DNA of 62,788 nt, filler included. It is 6 parts of 6 records of this genome, joined end to end, with 100 filler letters (N's around TTAATTAATTAA, not from the genome) between each part and the next. Parts side by side here need not be neighbours in the genome. Positions count along the whole stretch, not along the records: positions 1 to 13,289 come from DRR723986_4319; 5 more parts are not named here. One strand, 5' to 3'. The notes below the pieces were generated by a model. The model worked only from the letters and a program-made list of their open reading frames with translations, did no database searches and was not told the DNA's origin. Positions 1 to 10,185 of the stretch are shown here, piece by piece. Position numbers and translations under genes: made by a program. Positions within the stretch are counted from its first letter, which is position 1; each line of letters begins with the position of its first letter.

Positions 1-309
1 AAGGATGTTGCGGATCGTGCCGTTGGGCGAACGGTACATGCGCTTCAGGCCGAATTCCTCAACCCGTGCTTCATCCGGTGTGATCGTGGCGCATTTGACG
101 CCGACGCCATGTTCCTTGATGGCGTTGGCCGCATCGACCGTGATCTGGTCGTCGGTCTCGTCGCGTTTCTGGATCGACAGATCGAAGTAGAGCAGGTCGA
201 TGTCGAGATAGGGGTGGATCAGCTTGTCCTTGATAAAGGCCCAGATGATCCGGGTCATCTCGTCGCCGTCGAGCTCGACGACCGGATTGTCGACTTTGAT
301 CTTTGCCAT
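1..309 (-). CDS. icd: NADP-dependent isocitrate dehydrogenase (dimeric type), 5' part; runs off window
   Basis: Manual translation from ATG at 309: [23 protein letters not shown]...[34 protein letters not shown]. Confidence 0.96.
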   Translation of the reverse strand, partial: MAKIKVDNPVVELDGDEMTRIIWAFIKDKLIHPYLDIDLLYFDLSIQKRDETDDQITVDAANAIKEHGVGVKCATITPDEARVEEFGLKRMYRSPNGTIRNIL

Positions 310-532
310 GGGACGCATTGCCTCGCGGGTCTGGAAAATGGGAAGGTGAAACGGAAATCTGAATGGTGCGAGTTGTACCTGATTTCTATTGTGTGCGCTT
401 GTATACAATGTTGCGCCGCGAGGCAAGGGGGCTGTTCAGTTTGCCCCGGACCATGCCTTGAAGAAGGTTCTTTAATGGATGTCTTCACAGGTGTTCCGAA
501 GATTGCCCAAGGTTTGCGGCTAAAATTCGGAC

Positions 533-973
533 CTAAAGTTTTTCCTGATGCTCCCGGATTTCCTGCGCATGCGGCCGTACCAGATCGGCCACCGTGACCT
601 GCCCAAGCTTCTCCTGAAAGGTTTCGCGTGCCGCTTTCAGCGCGGCTGAAGTTGCCCGGTTGGCGGCCTGTTCCAGAAGGCAGGTGGGGGCGTCGGCGGA
701 TTGACCGACGGCAAAAAGCTGTGGTGAGCCAAGGGCAGCATAGACCTCGGCCAGCGAGATGCTGTCCAGGCTCTTGGCCAGCACCCAACCGCCGCCATGA
801 CCCTTGGTGGCCCCGACGAAACCCGCTTCCCGCAGCCCCGCCATGGTGCGCCGGACCAGGGAAGGGTTGGTGTTGAGCATCTTCCCGATCTGGTCGGACG
901 TCACCGGGTCTTCAGTCTGGTCCAGATGCAGGAGCACGTGAAGCACGCGCGGCAATCGGCTGTCGGTTCGCAT
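533..973 (-). CDS. Rrf2-family transcriptional regulator
   Basis: MRTDSRLPRVLHVLLHL...NPSLVRRTMAGLREAGFV...GHGGGW winged-helix pattern; divergent from MFS gene. Confidence 0.9.
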   Translation of the reverse strand: MRTDSRLPRVLHVLLHLDQTEDPVTSDQIGKMLNTNPSLVRRTMAGLREAGFVGATKGHGGGWVLAKSLDSISLAEVYAALGSPQLFAVGQSADAPTCLLEQAANRATSAALKAARETFQEKLGQVTVADLVRPHAQEIREHQEKL

Positions 974-1104
974 GGAAATCTCCGTTTGGAAAACCTTATG
1001 CCGGATTCGATTACGTGACAATTCAAGGTACATGAGATTGACGTGCGTGAATTTGTAACTTTATAAGTAACAAAATCGAGTTCACGCCTTGCCAGGAGTT
1101 CTGA

Positions 1105-2526
1105 ATGTCCCTTTTGTTTGACGGTGTGACCAGGGAGAGGCGCAATCGCTGGGCGGCGCTCGCCGCGCTCTACCTTGCCATGTTCATGAATATTCTCGAT
1201 GTGTCGGTGGTCAATCTGGCGCTGCCGTCCATCCGCCAAGGACTTGGCGCCACGGACACCCAGTTGGAATGGGTGCTGGTTGTTTATGTGCTGGCCTTTG
1301 CCGCCGGTTTGCTGCCTTTCGGCCGGTTTGGAGATGTGGTCGGCAGGGGGCGGGTCTTCCGCTGGGGTGTCGCCGGGTTTACCGCCAGTTCCCTGGCATG
1401 CGGACTGGCGCCCGATATAGGCACCCTGATTACCGCCCGCGGCCTGCAGGGGCTTTGCGCGGCGATGATGGTGCCGCAGGTACTTGCCATTGTTCACGTG
1501 ATCTTTCCGGCAGAGGAAAAAGGCAAGGCCATCGGCCTGTTCGGCTCCATCAGCGCACTTGGGGCCGTGGCGGGGCCGCTGGTGGGCGGGGCAATCGTGG
1601 CGGCCGATATCTTCGGGCTGGGCTGGCGGCCGATCTTCCTGATCAATCTGCCTGTCGGGTTGATCTCGCTGGCCGGTGCTCTTCGCTTTCTGCCGCACCT
1701 TGAAACCGAAAGCCGGGTGACGCCGGATTGGTCCGGAACGTTTCTTTTTGCCCTCGCAGTGCTGGCGCTGGTGTTTCCGCTTGTGGAGGGCAGGCAATTC
1801 GGCTGGCCGTTCTGGTGTTTTGCCTTGATGGGGCTAAGCGCGGTTCTGGCTGTTCTGTTCTACCGGCTGCAGGTTCAGAAGGCGCGCCTCGGCCAGGCGC
1901 AGCTTCTGCCGGTGCTGCTGACAGGGGACCGCGTGTTTGTTGCGGGTGTCGCGTTTGTCGCGCTGTTCTTTTCCGGTCTTGCAGGCATGTTCTTCATGAT
2001 GGCGCTCTTCCTGCAGGCGGGCCTTGGACTATCGCCCATGACAGCCGGGCTCATCCTGGCGCCACATCCGGTTGGCGTCATCCTTGCGTCCGCGATGACA
2101 GGCCGCTTCGGAGCCCGCTATCAGGCGGCAAGGATCAGCCTTGCCATGCTGGCTGTTTTCTGCGGTCTGGTGGCGGTGCGCCTGCTCGTTTCCGATGGAC
2201 TATCGGCAAGCCTGCTGGTGGTGCCATTCCTGATTGTCGGACTTGGTACCGGAACGGTGATCCCGCCATTGTTCCAGCTCGTGTTGTCGCGGGTTTCCGG
2301 ACCGGATGCCGGAGCGGGGTCCGGAGTTCTCCAGGCCTTCCAGCAGATCGGCATGGCGCTTGGCATCGCGGTGCAGGGCCAGATCTTCTTCCAGGTTCTG
2401 GCGGCTGGTCGTAGTGAGGCTCTGTACCGGGATGCCGCGGCTGCAGCGTTGGTTTATCCGACGAGTTCGTGTTTCGCGCTTGCTGTGCTTGCCGTTGGTC
2501 TTACCTGTAAATTCCGCTCTGGATGA
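1105..2526 (+). CDS. MFS drug:H+ antiporter (DHA2/EmrB-QacA type)
   Basis: LDVSVVNLALPSI, GRFGDVVGR and WRPIFLINLPVG motifs; many hydrophobic segments. Confidence 0.92.
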   Translation: MSLLFDGVTRERRNRWAALAALYLAMFMNILDVSVVNLALPSIRQGLGATDTQLEWVLVVYVLAFAAGLLPFGRFGDVVGRGRVFRWGVAGFTASSLACGLAPDIGTLITARGLQGLCAAMMVPQVLAIVHVIFPAEEKGKAIGLFGSISALGAVAGPLVGGAIVAADIFGLGWRPIFLINLPVGLISLAGALRFLPHLETESRVTPDWSGTFLFALAVLALVFPLVEGRQFGWPFWCFALMGLSAVLAVLFYRLQVQKARLGQAQLLPVLLTGDRVFVAGVAFVALFFSGLAGMFFMMALFLQAGLGLSPMTAGLILAPHPVGVILASAMTGRFGARYQAARISLAMLAVFCGLVAVRLLVSDGLSASLLVVPFLIVGLGTGTVIPPLFQLVLSRVSGPDAGAGSGVLQAFQQIGMALGIAVQGQIFFQVLAAGRSEALYRDAAAAALVYPTSSCFALAVLAVGLTCKFRSG

Positions 2527-3021
2527 ATTGTGAATTCAATGCAGCTGCTGGTGGACAACACTGGCGCGTGCGGGCCGCTTTGGACAACAAACCTGAAAAA
2601 CTGCCTACGAACCAACTATGTCAAGAACAGCATTTTCAGAAGCTGATCAGACGCACGGCGATTTGGGATGTTGGTTGAAAGCTGCACCCAGCGGTACAAA
2701 AATCGGATCAAGTTGAGCGTGTGATCGATTCAAATCTTCCGTAGATGCCGGTCCGTATTGGTAATTCTACGCGGGCAAGGTTTCTCGTGAATTTAGTAGT
2801 GATTAGTAAAAATTGACGAGCGGTTTGGCCGACGCGAAAGAAATAGATGCTCCTGGGTTCAATAGTTCCAGAATAGGCCCGTGTTTCCTCTTTCAGGTTC
2901 AGAATTTGTTGAGGCGGCTGCCGAAACACTGCTGGTATCGGGTCGCACTTCGACCCGGGCAACGCAATGGACCGAAGGGGCTTGTTTCGTGCTCGAAACC
3001 GTTCGATCAAGAGGAAACGCG

Positions 3022-5091
3022 CTGTTCAAGCGCGTCTTTGTGCGGGCAACGCTTTATGGCGTGTTCGGATTGCTGGCTTTTTCGCTGGTTCTGATCGGCA
3101 TCGATTATCTGACCCAGACGGACAAGATCGAGGAACGCCTTGCCCGGACTGCTCACGACAAGGCGCTGTTTGTCACCAATATCGCGGCACGCGAAATCGC
3201 CAACAAGAACTATGGTGAAGTCGAGCGGCTTTTGAATGCGATTGCGGGCGACAAATACATTATTGCAGCCAAGGCCTATAGCCGCTTCGGTCAGGAGTTC
3301 GCCAGCGATTTTACCTCCGCAGAACCCTCGAGCGCCGTGCAGTTCAACGAAGGCGCCCTGAATGTCGCGCAGTCGGGCAAGGCTCAGTATTCGGAAACCG
3401 CCGACATGATCGAATACATCCTGCCGGTTTCCCGCAGCGGCGAAGTGGTGGGGTCCGTGCTGGTGCGCATTTCGAAGCACGAGCTTGCGGGCGTTCTGAG
3501 GGAAAAGATTGTTCAGGTGGTCTTGATCCTGACGGTTCTTCTACTTGCCTTCGTTCCGGTGATTGCTGCCCTGATGTACCGGGCAACGGCAGGTGTCAGC
3601 CGCGTGACGCAGGCAGCAAATGAGGCCGCAGCCGGTTACCTCGACTGCAATCTGGAAACTGATGCACCAGGTGAGGTGGGTGACCTGCAAACCGCGTTCC
3701 GCGGAATGATGGTCAAGCTGCGCGAGAACATTCTGCGGATCGAGGAACTCGCCTACACCGATCGCATTACCGGTTTGCCCAACAGGGCCAAGCTGGACAA
3801 TGTCGCCATGACGCTGATAGACCTGCGACCCAAGGAAACGGGCAGCGTTCTTTACATCGGACTGGACCGCTTCAAACTGATCAACGACATGCACGGACAT
3901 GCCGTAGGCGACAAGCTGTTGCGGCTGGTTGGCAACCGGTTGGCCGTCCTGGTCGACGAGCTTGCCAAGCCTCTGACGTCAAAACCCACCTGCGTTGCCC
4001 GGTTTTCCGGCGACGAATTCGTCGTACTGTTACCCGGCGTTGATGATCTGCAGACGCTTGCCAAGTTGTCCAGAACGATGGTCGAGCGGCTGGGTGGGGC
4101 CTACCGAATTGGTCGGCTTTCCCTTTCGCTGACCGTCAGCGCGGGGATCGCGAGATACCCGGAGCACGGTACAACGGCTGAGGAAGTTCTGCGAAACGCC
4201 AACATGGCCATGTATGAAGCAAAGGGTGCAGGCAGGGCCCAGTCGATCGCCTACAACGATATCATTCGCGAACGGATGACCGAGCGCGAACAGATCCGGC
4301 ACAGGCTGCAAAGCGCGCTGAGAGACCGCACGCTATCCGTTCACTACCAGCCGAAGGTCGACATTTCGTCCGGCAAGATTGTCGGTTCTGAAGCGCTGCT
4401 GCGCTGGAACGATGCCGAACTCGGATCCGTACCGCCCTACAAGTTCATTCCCGTGGCAGAAGAATGCGGTCTGATCGTTCCGATCGGAGAATTCGTGCTG
4501 GCATCCGCGCTCTCCGACATGAAATCCCTGCACCGGCAGAACGTCGATGTATCTGTCGCCGTGAACGTTGCGCCCGCGCAGCTGCAGGCAAAGGGATTTA
4601 CCGGCAGAATGCTCGGGATCATTGGCGAGAGCGGGTTCTCGACGGAGAAGCTGGAACTGGAAGTGACGGAATCGAGTCTTGTCGATTATTCGCAGAACCT
4701 TCTGGATCAGATCCTGCCGATCAAGAAAGAAGGCGTCAAATTTGCAATCGACGACTTCGGCACCGGCTATTCCTCGCTGCACAGTCTCGCGAGCATGCCG
4801 TTCGACACGTTGAAGATCGACCGGTCCTTCATCATGGACATTGCCAATTGCGAGGATCGACGGACCATCGTCGAGCTGATCCTGATGCTGGCAAGACAGC
4901 TCAATCTCAATACCGTGTCGGAAGGGGTCGAGACCCAGTTGCAGATGGATTACATCAATCTGTGGGGCGGGACGCTCGGCCAGGGCTACTTGTGGAGCCC
5001 GGCAGTGCCGTTCGGCGAGTTCTCGCGAATGGTCATGAAGCGGGAAGAAGAGGCGAATGCGGCCGAGCCCTGGAGGCAGGCAGCCTCCTGA
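3022..5091 (+). CDS. Membrane-anchored HAMP-GGDEF-EAL c-di-GMP protein (start uncertain; CTG after GAGGAA RBS, ORF open from 2881)
   Basis: 2 TM segments, HAMP, FSGDEF, SEALLRW, IDDFGTGYSSL, EGVET. Confidence 0.9.
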   Translation: MFKRVFVRATLYGVFGLLAFSLVLIGIDYLTQTDKIEERLARTAHDKALFVTNIAAREIANKNYGEVERLLNAIAGDKYIIAAKAYSRFGQEFASDFTSAEPSSAVQFNEGALNVAQSGKAQYSETADMIEYILPVSRSGEVVGSVLVRISKHELAGVLREKIVQVVLILTVLLLAFVPVIAALMYRATAGVSRVTQAANEAAAGYLDCNLETDAPGEVGDLQTAFRGMMVKLRENILRIEELAYTDRITGLPNRAKLDNVAMTLIDLRPKETGSVLYIGLDRFKLINDMHGHAVGDKLLRLVGNRLAVLVDELAKPLTSKPTCVARFSGDEFVVLLPGVDDLQTLAKLSRTMVERLGGAYRIGRLSLSLTVSAGIARYPEHGTTAEEVLRNANMAMYEAKGAGRAQSIAYNDIIRERMTEREQIRHRLQSALRDRTLSVHYQPKVDISSGKIVGSEALLRWNDAELGSVPPYKFIPVAEECGLIVPIGEFVLASALSDMKSLHRQNVDVSVAVNVAPAQLQAKGFTGRMLGIIGESGFSTEKLELEVTESSLVDYSQNLLDQILPIKKEGVKFAIDDFGTGYSSLHSLASMPFDTLKIDRSFIMDIANCEDRRTIVELILMLARQLNLNTVSEGVETQLQMDYINLWGGTLGQGYLWSPAVPFGEFSRMVMKREEEANAAEPWRQAAS

Positions 5092-5126
5092 ACTCTAATG
5101 AGGGATGTCCTGATGGCCGTATGTGT

Positions 5127-5651
5127 CTAGTCGTGTACGTCGACCAGACCTTCAAACAGAGCGCTCTTTGAACCGTCGGACAGGCATTCCACGGTCAGCG
5201 CCTCCGTGAAGGCCTGCTGGTCAGAGGCTTCGACGGGGCTTTCTGCGAGTAGCGTCAGGATCTCGTTGCCGAGGCGCAACAGCTCCGGACGGACATCCTT
5301 GATCAGGTCGGGTACGTTCTGCGGACGAGCTTCGCCGCTCTCCCAGCGTTCGATCCAGCAGGTTTGAATGTCCTTGGCCGCATCTATCTGCGCCTGGAAA
5401 AACAAGGTGACATTGTCAGCCGACAGGCCGTTTTCGACTGCCTTTTCGCGGGCAGCATCCAGCACCACCTTTTCCCTCGGCAGATCCTCGACAGGTTTGT
5501 CGTTATCCGCTTTCCAGGCTGCAACCGACTGCATGAACGACAGACGTTCGTTGATGGCGCCGAACAGCTTGTCAGGTGCCGCCCAGCCAGGAGTGACGGT
5601 GGCAGCAAGGAGAGATACCGCGAGAGCGGTCAGGGGAATCGATTTCAACAT
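5127..5651 (-). CDS. aroQ: Periplasmic chorismate mutase (AroQ gamma subclass)
   Basis: Signal peptide, then INERLSFMQSVAAWK...PVEDLPRE...FFQAQIDAAKDIQ...VRPELLRLG. Confidence 0.85.
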   Translation of the reverse strand: MLKSIPLTALAVSLLAATVTPGWAAPDKLFGAINERLSFMQSVAAWKADNDKPVEDLPREKVVLDAAREKAVENGLSADNVTLFFQAQIDAAKDIQTCWIERWESGEARPQNVPDLIKDVRPELLRLGNEILTLLAESPVEASDQQAFTEALTVECLSDGSKSALFEGLVDVHD

Positions 5652-5701
5652 GGCCGAAGACTTTCACAGGTCACCGCCTGCGGCAAGTCTTTGGTTGTGG
5701 T

Positions 5702-5935
5702 CTACTTCTTTTCAACCGAGCGGCTGATCTCGGTGATCACGCCGAATGCGACGGCGGCCATGATCTTCAATAGTCCGCTGTCTAGCGCCTGTTCGCGTGT
5801 CAGATTGCCAAGGAAAAAACCCGGTCTTGGTTCAGTGACTGCACCAAGAGTAACGCCGGCCAGAAGTGCCAGCTGAATGCAGCCAAGGAAAAAGACGACA
5901 CCAGCGATAAGCGTTCCCAATTTGGTAAAGGGCAT
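5702..5935 (-). CDS. Small two-TM hypothetical protein
   Basis: 77-aa ORF with two hydrophobic segments, ATG start. Confidence 0.6.
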   Translation of the reverse strand: MPFTKLGTLIAGVVFFLGCIQLALLAGVTLGAVTEPRPGFFLGNLTREQALDSGLLKIMAAVAFGVITEISRSVEKK

Positions 5936-6271
5936 TGCAAACTCTCATGATGTGCTTTGTATGCGAGTGAGGTTATCTTTCGTTAGGGTTTCCGCAAGTA
6001 AAAATCACAATTACCCTAAATACAGAAAAATTTAATAAACAATGGTTTTGATTTTCATCTTTGATTGGATTCTTCAAATGTCATGTTTTTCAGGTGGCTG
6101 ACGCAATTCCCTGAAGAAGTATTTTGAGATCTGAAGCTTGTCGGTGTTGAGAATCTGTCTGATTTCGGCGGGATCTTCAGGCGGCAAAATTTCGGTGCAA
6201 TGTCGCATTCAGACCGAATATGGCGAAAATTCGCTTGCAGAATATCGCCAATCCTTGCAAATCTAGACGAT

Positions 6272-6456
6272 GCGATGGTTTCGCCCGAACAAGCGTAAGG
6301 GCGGATGAAATGGGAACACGGTGAGGCGTACCCAACAGGGACCAATACCGTGGCTGCCCCCGCAACTGTATGCGACGAGCAAAGCCCTTCAAGCCACTGG
6401 AGCGATCCGGGAAGGCGGGCAGCGCAGAGACTCGCGAGCCAGGAAACCTGCCATCC
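6272..6456 (+). ncRNA. Cobalamin (B12) riboswitch
   Basis: ATGGGAA..CGGTG, CTGCCCCCGCAACTGTA, AGCCACTG..GGGAAGGC and B12-box GAGCCAGGAAACCTGCC upstream of cbiM. Confidence 0.95.
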
Positions 6457-6523
6457 AGCGGTCCCATCGGGGCCGGTTCACACCATCTGCTCGCGCACGG
6501 AGGGTGCGCAAAGGAGAAATGAC

Positions 6524-7201
6524 ATGCATATCGAACCGGGCATCGTCGACGGTGCCAAAATCGTACTCAGCTACGGTACCGCGGCTGCTTCCTTCGGCCT
6601 TCTGGGCAAAATGGCTCTCGACACGATCCGCAAAAGCGGCGTGCTCAGCCTTGCCGTCCGCTCCGTCATCACGACGGTTGCCGTATTCTGCTTCTTCGAA
6701 ATCCTGCCGCATTACCCGGTCGGTGTTTCCGAAGTGCACTTTATCCTGGGCTCCACCCTGTTCCTGATGTTCGGCGCTGGTCCGGCAGCAATCGGCCTTG
6801 CTGCAGGCCTGCTGCTCCAGGGGACGCTGGTTGCTCCTTTCGACCTGCCGCAGTACGGCATCAACGTCACCACGCTGCTTGTGCCGCTGTGGGCTGTCAG
6901 CATGCTGGCAAACCGCATCATTCCGGAAAAGACCGCCTATGTTGACGTTTCCTACGTTCAGGCACTGGCTCTTTCCACCACGTTCCAGGCCGGTATCGTT
7001 GGCTGGGTTGCTTTCTGGGCATTCTACGGCCAGGGCTTCGGTGCCGAGAACATGGCTTCCGTCGGTTCCTTCGGCTTTGCCTACATGCTGGTGATCCTGG
7101 GCGAGCCGCTGGCTGATCTGGCTGTTCTGGCCGCTGCCAAGACACTGGCACCGCTGACCCGGAACCTTGCTTTTGAAAATCGGCTGCACAACGCGGCTTA
7201 A
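6524..7201 (+). CDS. cbiM: CbiM-like ECF cobalt transporter S component
   Basis: N-terminal MHIEPG metal-binding motif, AGGAGA RBS, GVSEVHFILG; follows B12 riboswitch. Confidence 0.9.
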   Translation: MHIEPGIVDGAKIVLSYGTAAASFGLLGKMALDTIRKSGVLSLAVRSVITTVAVFCFFEILPHYPVGVSEVHFILGSTLFLMFGAGPAAIGLAAGLLLQGTLVAPFDLPQYGINVTTLLVPLWAVSMLANRIIPEKTAYVDVSYVQALALSTTFQAGIVGWVAFWAFYGQGFGAENMASVGSFGFAYMLVILGEPLADLAVLAAAKTLAPLTRNLAFENRLHNAA

Positions 7202-7232
7202 GTCTTCGGGCTTTTGCCGAAATCAAGTCACG

Positions 7233-7259
7233 AAGGGCGGCCCTGGGGCCGCCCTTTTT
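7233..7259. terminator. Intrinsic terminator
   Basis: AAGGGCGGCC-CTGG-GGCCGCCCTTTTT hairpin between convergent genes. Confidence 0.8.
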
Positions 7260-7291
7260 GTTTGTCGTTCCGACGCCTTGACAACGAACAA

Positions 7292-7777
7292 TCAGAGCTT
7301 CGTTGCCTCGGTGGAGCGGATCTTCTTCCAGTTGGCTTCCGCCTTGGCGATTGTTCCGGACTGGTCTTTCTGGAACTCGCGGAAGATGGCTTCGTTCAGG
7401 AACAGATAAAGCTTGCCGTCCACAACAGCTGCGAACTGCGGATCGCCGTCGAACTTCTTGCCGACTGAAACACCGAAGGTGCAGAAGCCGCCGTTTTGCG
7501 GCAGGTACTGATCCGGATGCGCGGTGAAGGCATCCATTGCTTCCTGGGATGCGAAGTAATAGGCAACACCGTCGTGGACGGCCGTATATTGCGCGGTTCC
7601 GTCAATGCGGTTGCCCAGGCTGACAAAGGCCACGGGATCGACACCATGAAGACCGAGCGGGCTGCCGGCGGCCGTCAGGCCACTGGAGGTGTTGTATTCG
7701 TCCGCGGCCATTGCCGGGGCAGAGAGAGCGGCAAGAGACAGCAGCGTTGCGGCAATGGCGGATTTCATCAAGGACAT
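7292..7777 (-). CDS. Exported YHS-domain protein
   Basis: Signal peptide; GVDPVAF, YYFASQE, PQNGGFCTFGV, VDGKLYL. Confidence 0.9.
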   Translation of the reverse strand: MSLMKSAIAATLLSLAALSAPAMAADEYNTSSGLTAAGSPLGLHGVDPVAFVSLGNRIDGTAQYTAVHDGVAYYFASQEAMDAFTAHPDQYLPQNGGFCTFGVSVGKKFDGDPQFAAVVDGKLYLFLNEAIFREFQKDQSGTIAKAEANWKKIRSTEATKL

Positions 7778-7959
7778 GTTCTACTCCTGAAAGGGTGTGA
7801 AGGTTGAAGGCCGGATTTGCTCCGGTGCCTCTACCTTGCGTCCGAAGCTCAGGCGTCTCCATGTTCGCAAGTTCCCGAGGATTTGCAGATCGTCCGGATT
7901 GCAGCTCAAAAAAAGACACCGGCGTGAGGGCCGGTGTCATTGAGCGTTGACGGGGGCTG

Positions 7960-8331
7960 TCAAGCGGCCTGAGCAACCGTTTCCTGCGGTTTGGCAAGGC
8001 TGACCACTGTCAGAACGGCAATGGCGTTGGCCAGGTAATAGGCGAAGTCGAGGCCGGTGAAGCCAAGTGCGAAGGGAGCTGCCAGGAACACGACGCCGAC
8101 GGCAAAATCGCCCGCCAGATGAATCGAATAGGGCAGAATGCGGATGATGCCGGTCTGGTGATCCGTCAGGATCGTCAGGGCCAGGGCCGCAAAGCCTGTC
8201 AGGAAGGATAGCCAGAAGGCGATCGGGTTGGATTGGCCGAGATCAAGGAATACGGGCAGGGCAATAAGGCCGATCGCGACGGGATAATCGAGATAGGCAT
8301 GCATGGTCTTGGTGACGAAGCGAACAGACAT
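7960..8331 (-). CDS. SPW-repeat-like small membrane protein
   Basis: HAYLDYPVAIGLIALP...LTILTDHQTG...IHLAGD pattern; 4 TM. Confidence 0.7.
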   Translation of the reverse strand: MSVRFVTKTMHAYLDYPVAIGLIALPVFLDLGQSNPIAFWLSFLTGFAALALTILTDHQTGIIRILPYSIHLAGDFAVGVVFLAAPFALGFTGLDFAYYLANAIAVLTVVSLAKPQETVAQAA

Positions 8332-8514
8332 CTTTCAAGTGCTCCAGGTTGGTTTCCTGCGGGCGGATTGCCCACGAGCCCAAAGATGTTGGTCGACTTC
8401 GGTTCCATCCATGCACGAAAGTCCCTGAAAATTGACTGATCGTCCGGGAGCCTTGCGCTTTGCGGTGTTGAGGCAAAAATGCGGGAATGAGACTTCAACC
8501 GGAACCGGCCTTTC

Positions 8515-9462
8515 ATGAAACATGACGCCCTGACCCAGATCCTGGATGCCTTGAAGCTACGGGGATCCGTCTATTTCCATACCTGTTTTTCGCCGCCCTG
8601 GGCTGTGCGGGTGCCGGCATTCGGCAATGTCGCGAGGTTTCACATGGCCATGCGTGGTGGCTGCTGGCTCGCGGTGGACGGTGTTGACAAGCCGGTCCGC
8701 CTTGCGACCGGTGACCTGGCCGTCATTCCGCATGGGGCCGCTCATATCCTGAGTGATGAACCGGGCCGTCCCGCCGCCGAAGTGGACGAGGTCGTGCGGC
8801 AATCCGGTTATACGGGGGAAGGTGCGCTCTATTACGGTGGTCCGGACGAGGAACTGGCCTGTAAACTGTTCTGTGGCCATTTCGAATTCGAGGAAGGCTC
8901 GGTCCATCCGCTGCTCGATGCCTTGCCATCGGTCATTCATCTGCCCAACACACAGACGATGAACGCCTTCTGGCTGGAAGCAGTGATGCGTTTTGTTGCC
9001 AGCGAGGTGCGCGCCGGGCAGCCGGGGTCCGAGGCGATCATCCACCGGTTGACGGAGATCATCTTCATCCAGGTGGTGCGAACGTTCGTCGACAGGGAGG
9101 GGGACAGGGCCGGATGCCTGGCGGCGGTGCTCAACCCGAAGCTCGGGCGCAGCATGTCCAAGATCCATCTGGCGCCGGAAAAGCCCTGGACGGTGGAGAG
9201 CCTTGCCCGGGAAGCCGGCATGTCCCGGACGGTTTTTGCGGACAGGTTTACGAACCTCGTCGGCATGACGCCGCTGGCCTATGTCACCCACTGGCGCATG
9301 GAACGGGCACGGCGCGACATTCGGGAGACGGATCTGCCCCTGATCGATATTGCCGAAAACATCGGCTACAGCTCGGAAGCCGCGTTTAACCGGGCCTTCA
9401 AGCGTCAATTCAACCAGACGCCCGGACAGGTGCGACGGCAAGGCGCGGCGGTGCCGGCCTGA
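8515..9462 (+). CDS. AraC-family regulator with cupin_6 N-domain
   Basis: FSPPWAV/FHMAMRG cupin; WTVESLAREAGMSR and GYSSEAAFNRAFKR HTH. Confidence 0.93.
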   Translation: MKHDALTQILDALKLRGSVYFHTCFSPPWAVRVPAFGNVARFHMAMRGGCWLAVDGVDKPVRLATGDLAVIPHGAAHILSDEPGRPAAEVDEVVRQSGYTGEGALYYGGPDEELACKLFCGHFEFEEGSVHPLLDALPSVIHLPNTQTMNAFWLEAVMRFVASEVRAGQPGSEAIIHRLTEIIFIQVVRTFVDREGDRAGCLAAVLNPKLGRSMSKIHLAPEKPWTVESLAREAGMSRTVFADRFTNLVGMTPLAYVTHWRMERARRDIRETDLPLIDIAENIGYSSEAAFNRAFKRQFNQTPGQVRRQGAAVPA

Positions 9463-9468
9463 TGTGAA

Positions 9469-10185
9469 TCAGTTGGCGGCCAGATAGGCCGGCAGATCGG
9501 CAACGCTCTCCAGAACGGCATCCGCCAGGGTTTCCAGGTCGTGGCGCGCGCTTGTGCCCGTCAGGACACCGATACAAAGTCCGGCGCCCGCCGAACGGGC
9601 CATTTCCAGATCATGCGTGTTGTCACCGACAACGGCGATCCGGTCCAGTGCAAGACCTGTTGCCTCGGCAAAGCCGCGAACCATGCCCGGTTCCGGCTTC
9701 GGGCCAAAACCCGTGTCGTAACCCGTGACGAAGGCAAAACGGGGCGCAAGCCCGGTGCCGGCGAGAAAGGCCCTTATGGCCGCTTCGCTGTCGCTGCTGG
9801 CAACACCCAAAGTGAACCCGGTTCCGCTCAAGGTCTCCACAGCTTCCGGAATGCCAGCAAGGGGCGCAGCATCATGCATGCAGCCGATGAACACCCGGTC
9901 GAGGTCTGCGGTCAGCGGGCCTTCCTGAAAATCGGCACCGCAGGCAATCCAGGCAGCCGCAATTTCCGCAGAGTTGCCGGCTGCAAGCAGAGACCCGGCC
10001 GCGGACTTTCCGGTCACCAGATCCATGCCGGTCTGTTCCAGGAGCCTGTCGGCCAGGGCGCGGTCGCCTCTGGCTGCATGGAGCGAGGTTTCGCGATAGG
10101 CCGGTGCCCATGTCGCGTCGAAATCAAGCAGGGTGCCGTCCTTGTCAAACAGGATGGCGGTGATGTTGCCTGTAGGGTTGTTCAA
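9469..10185 (-). CDS. HAD-family hydrolase (phosphoglycolate phosphatase-like)
   Basis: LFDKDGTL motif I, KPEP, VGDNTHD; TTG start overlapping the stop of the MarR gene. Confidence 0.88.
   Translation of the reverse strand: MNNPTGNITAILFDKDGTLLDFDATWAPAYRETSLHAARGDRALADRLLEQTGMDLVTGKSAAGSLLAAGNSAEIAAAWIACGADFQEGPLTADLDRVFIGCMHDAAPLAGIPEAVETLSGTGFTLGVASSDSEAAIRAFLAGTGLAPRFAFVTGYDTGFGPKPEPGMVRGFAEATGLALDRIAVVGDNTHDLEMARSAGAGLCIGVLTGTSARHDLETLADAVLESVADLPAYLAAN

Noticed and set aside
6305-6523. N-terminal extension of the cbiM ORF
   Set aside because: Overlaps the riboswitch; the true start is MHIEPG at 6524 with an RBS.
7292-7777. Selenoprotein form of the YHS protein
   Set aside because: The motif position is Cys (GGFC) and there is no in-frame UGA.
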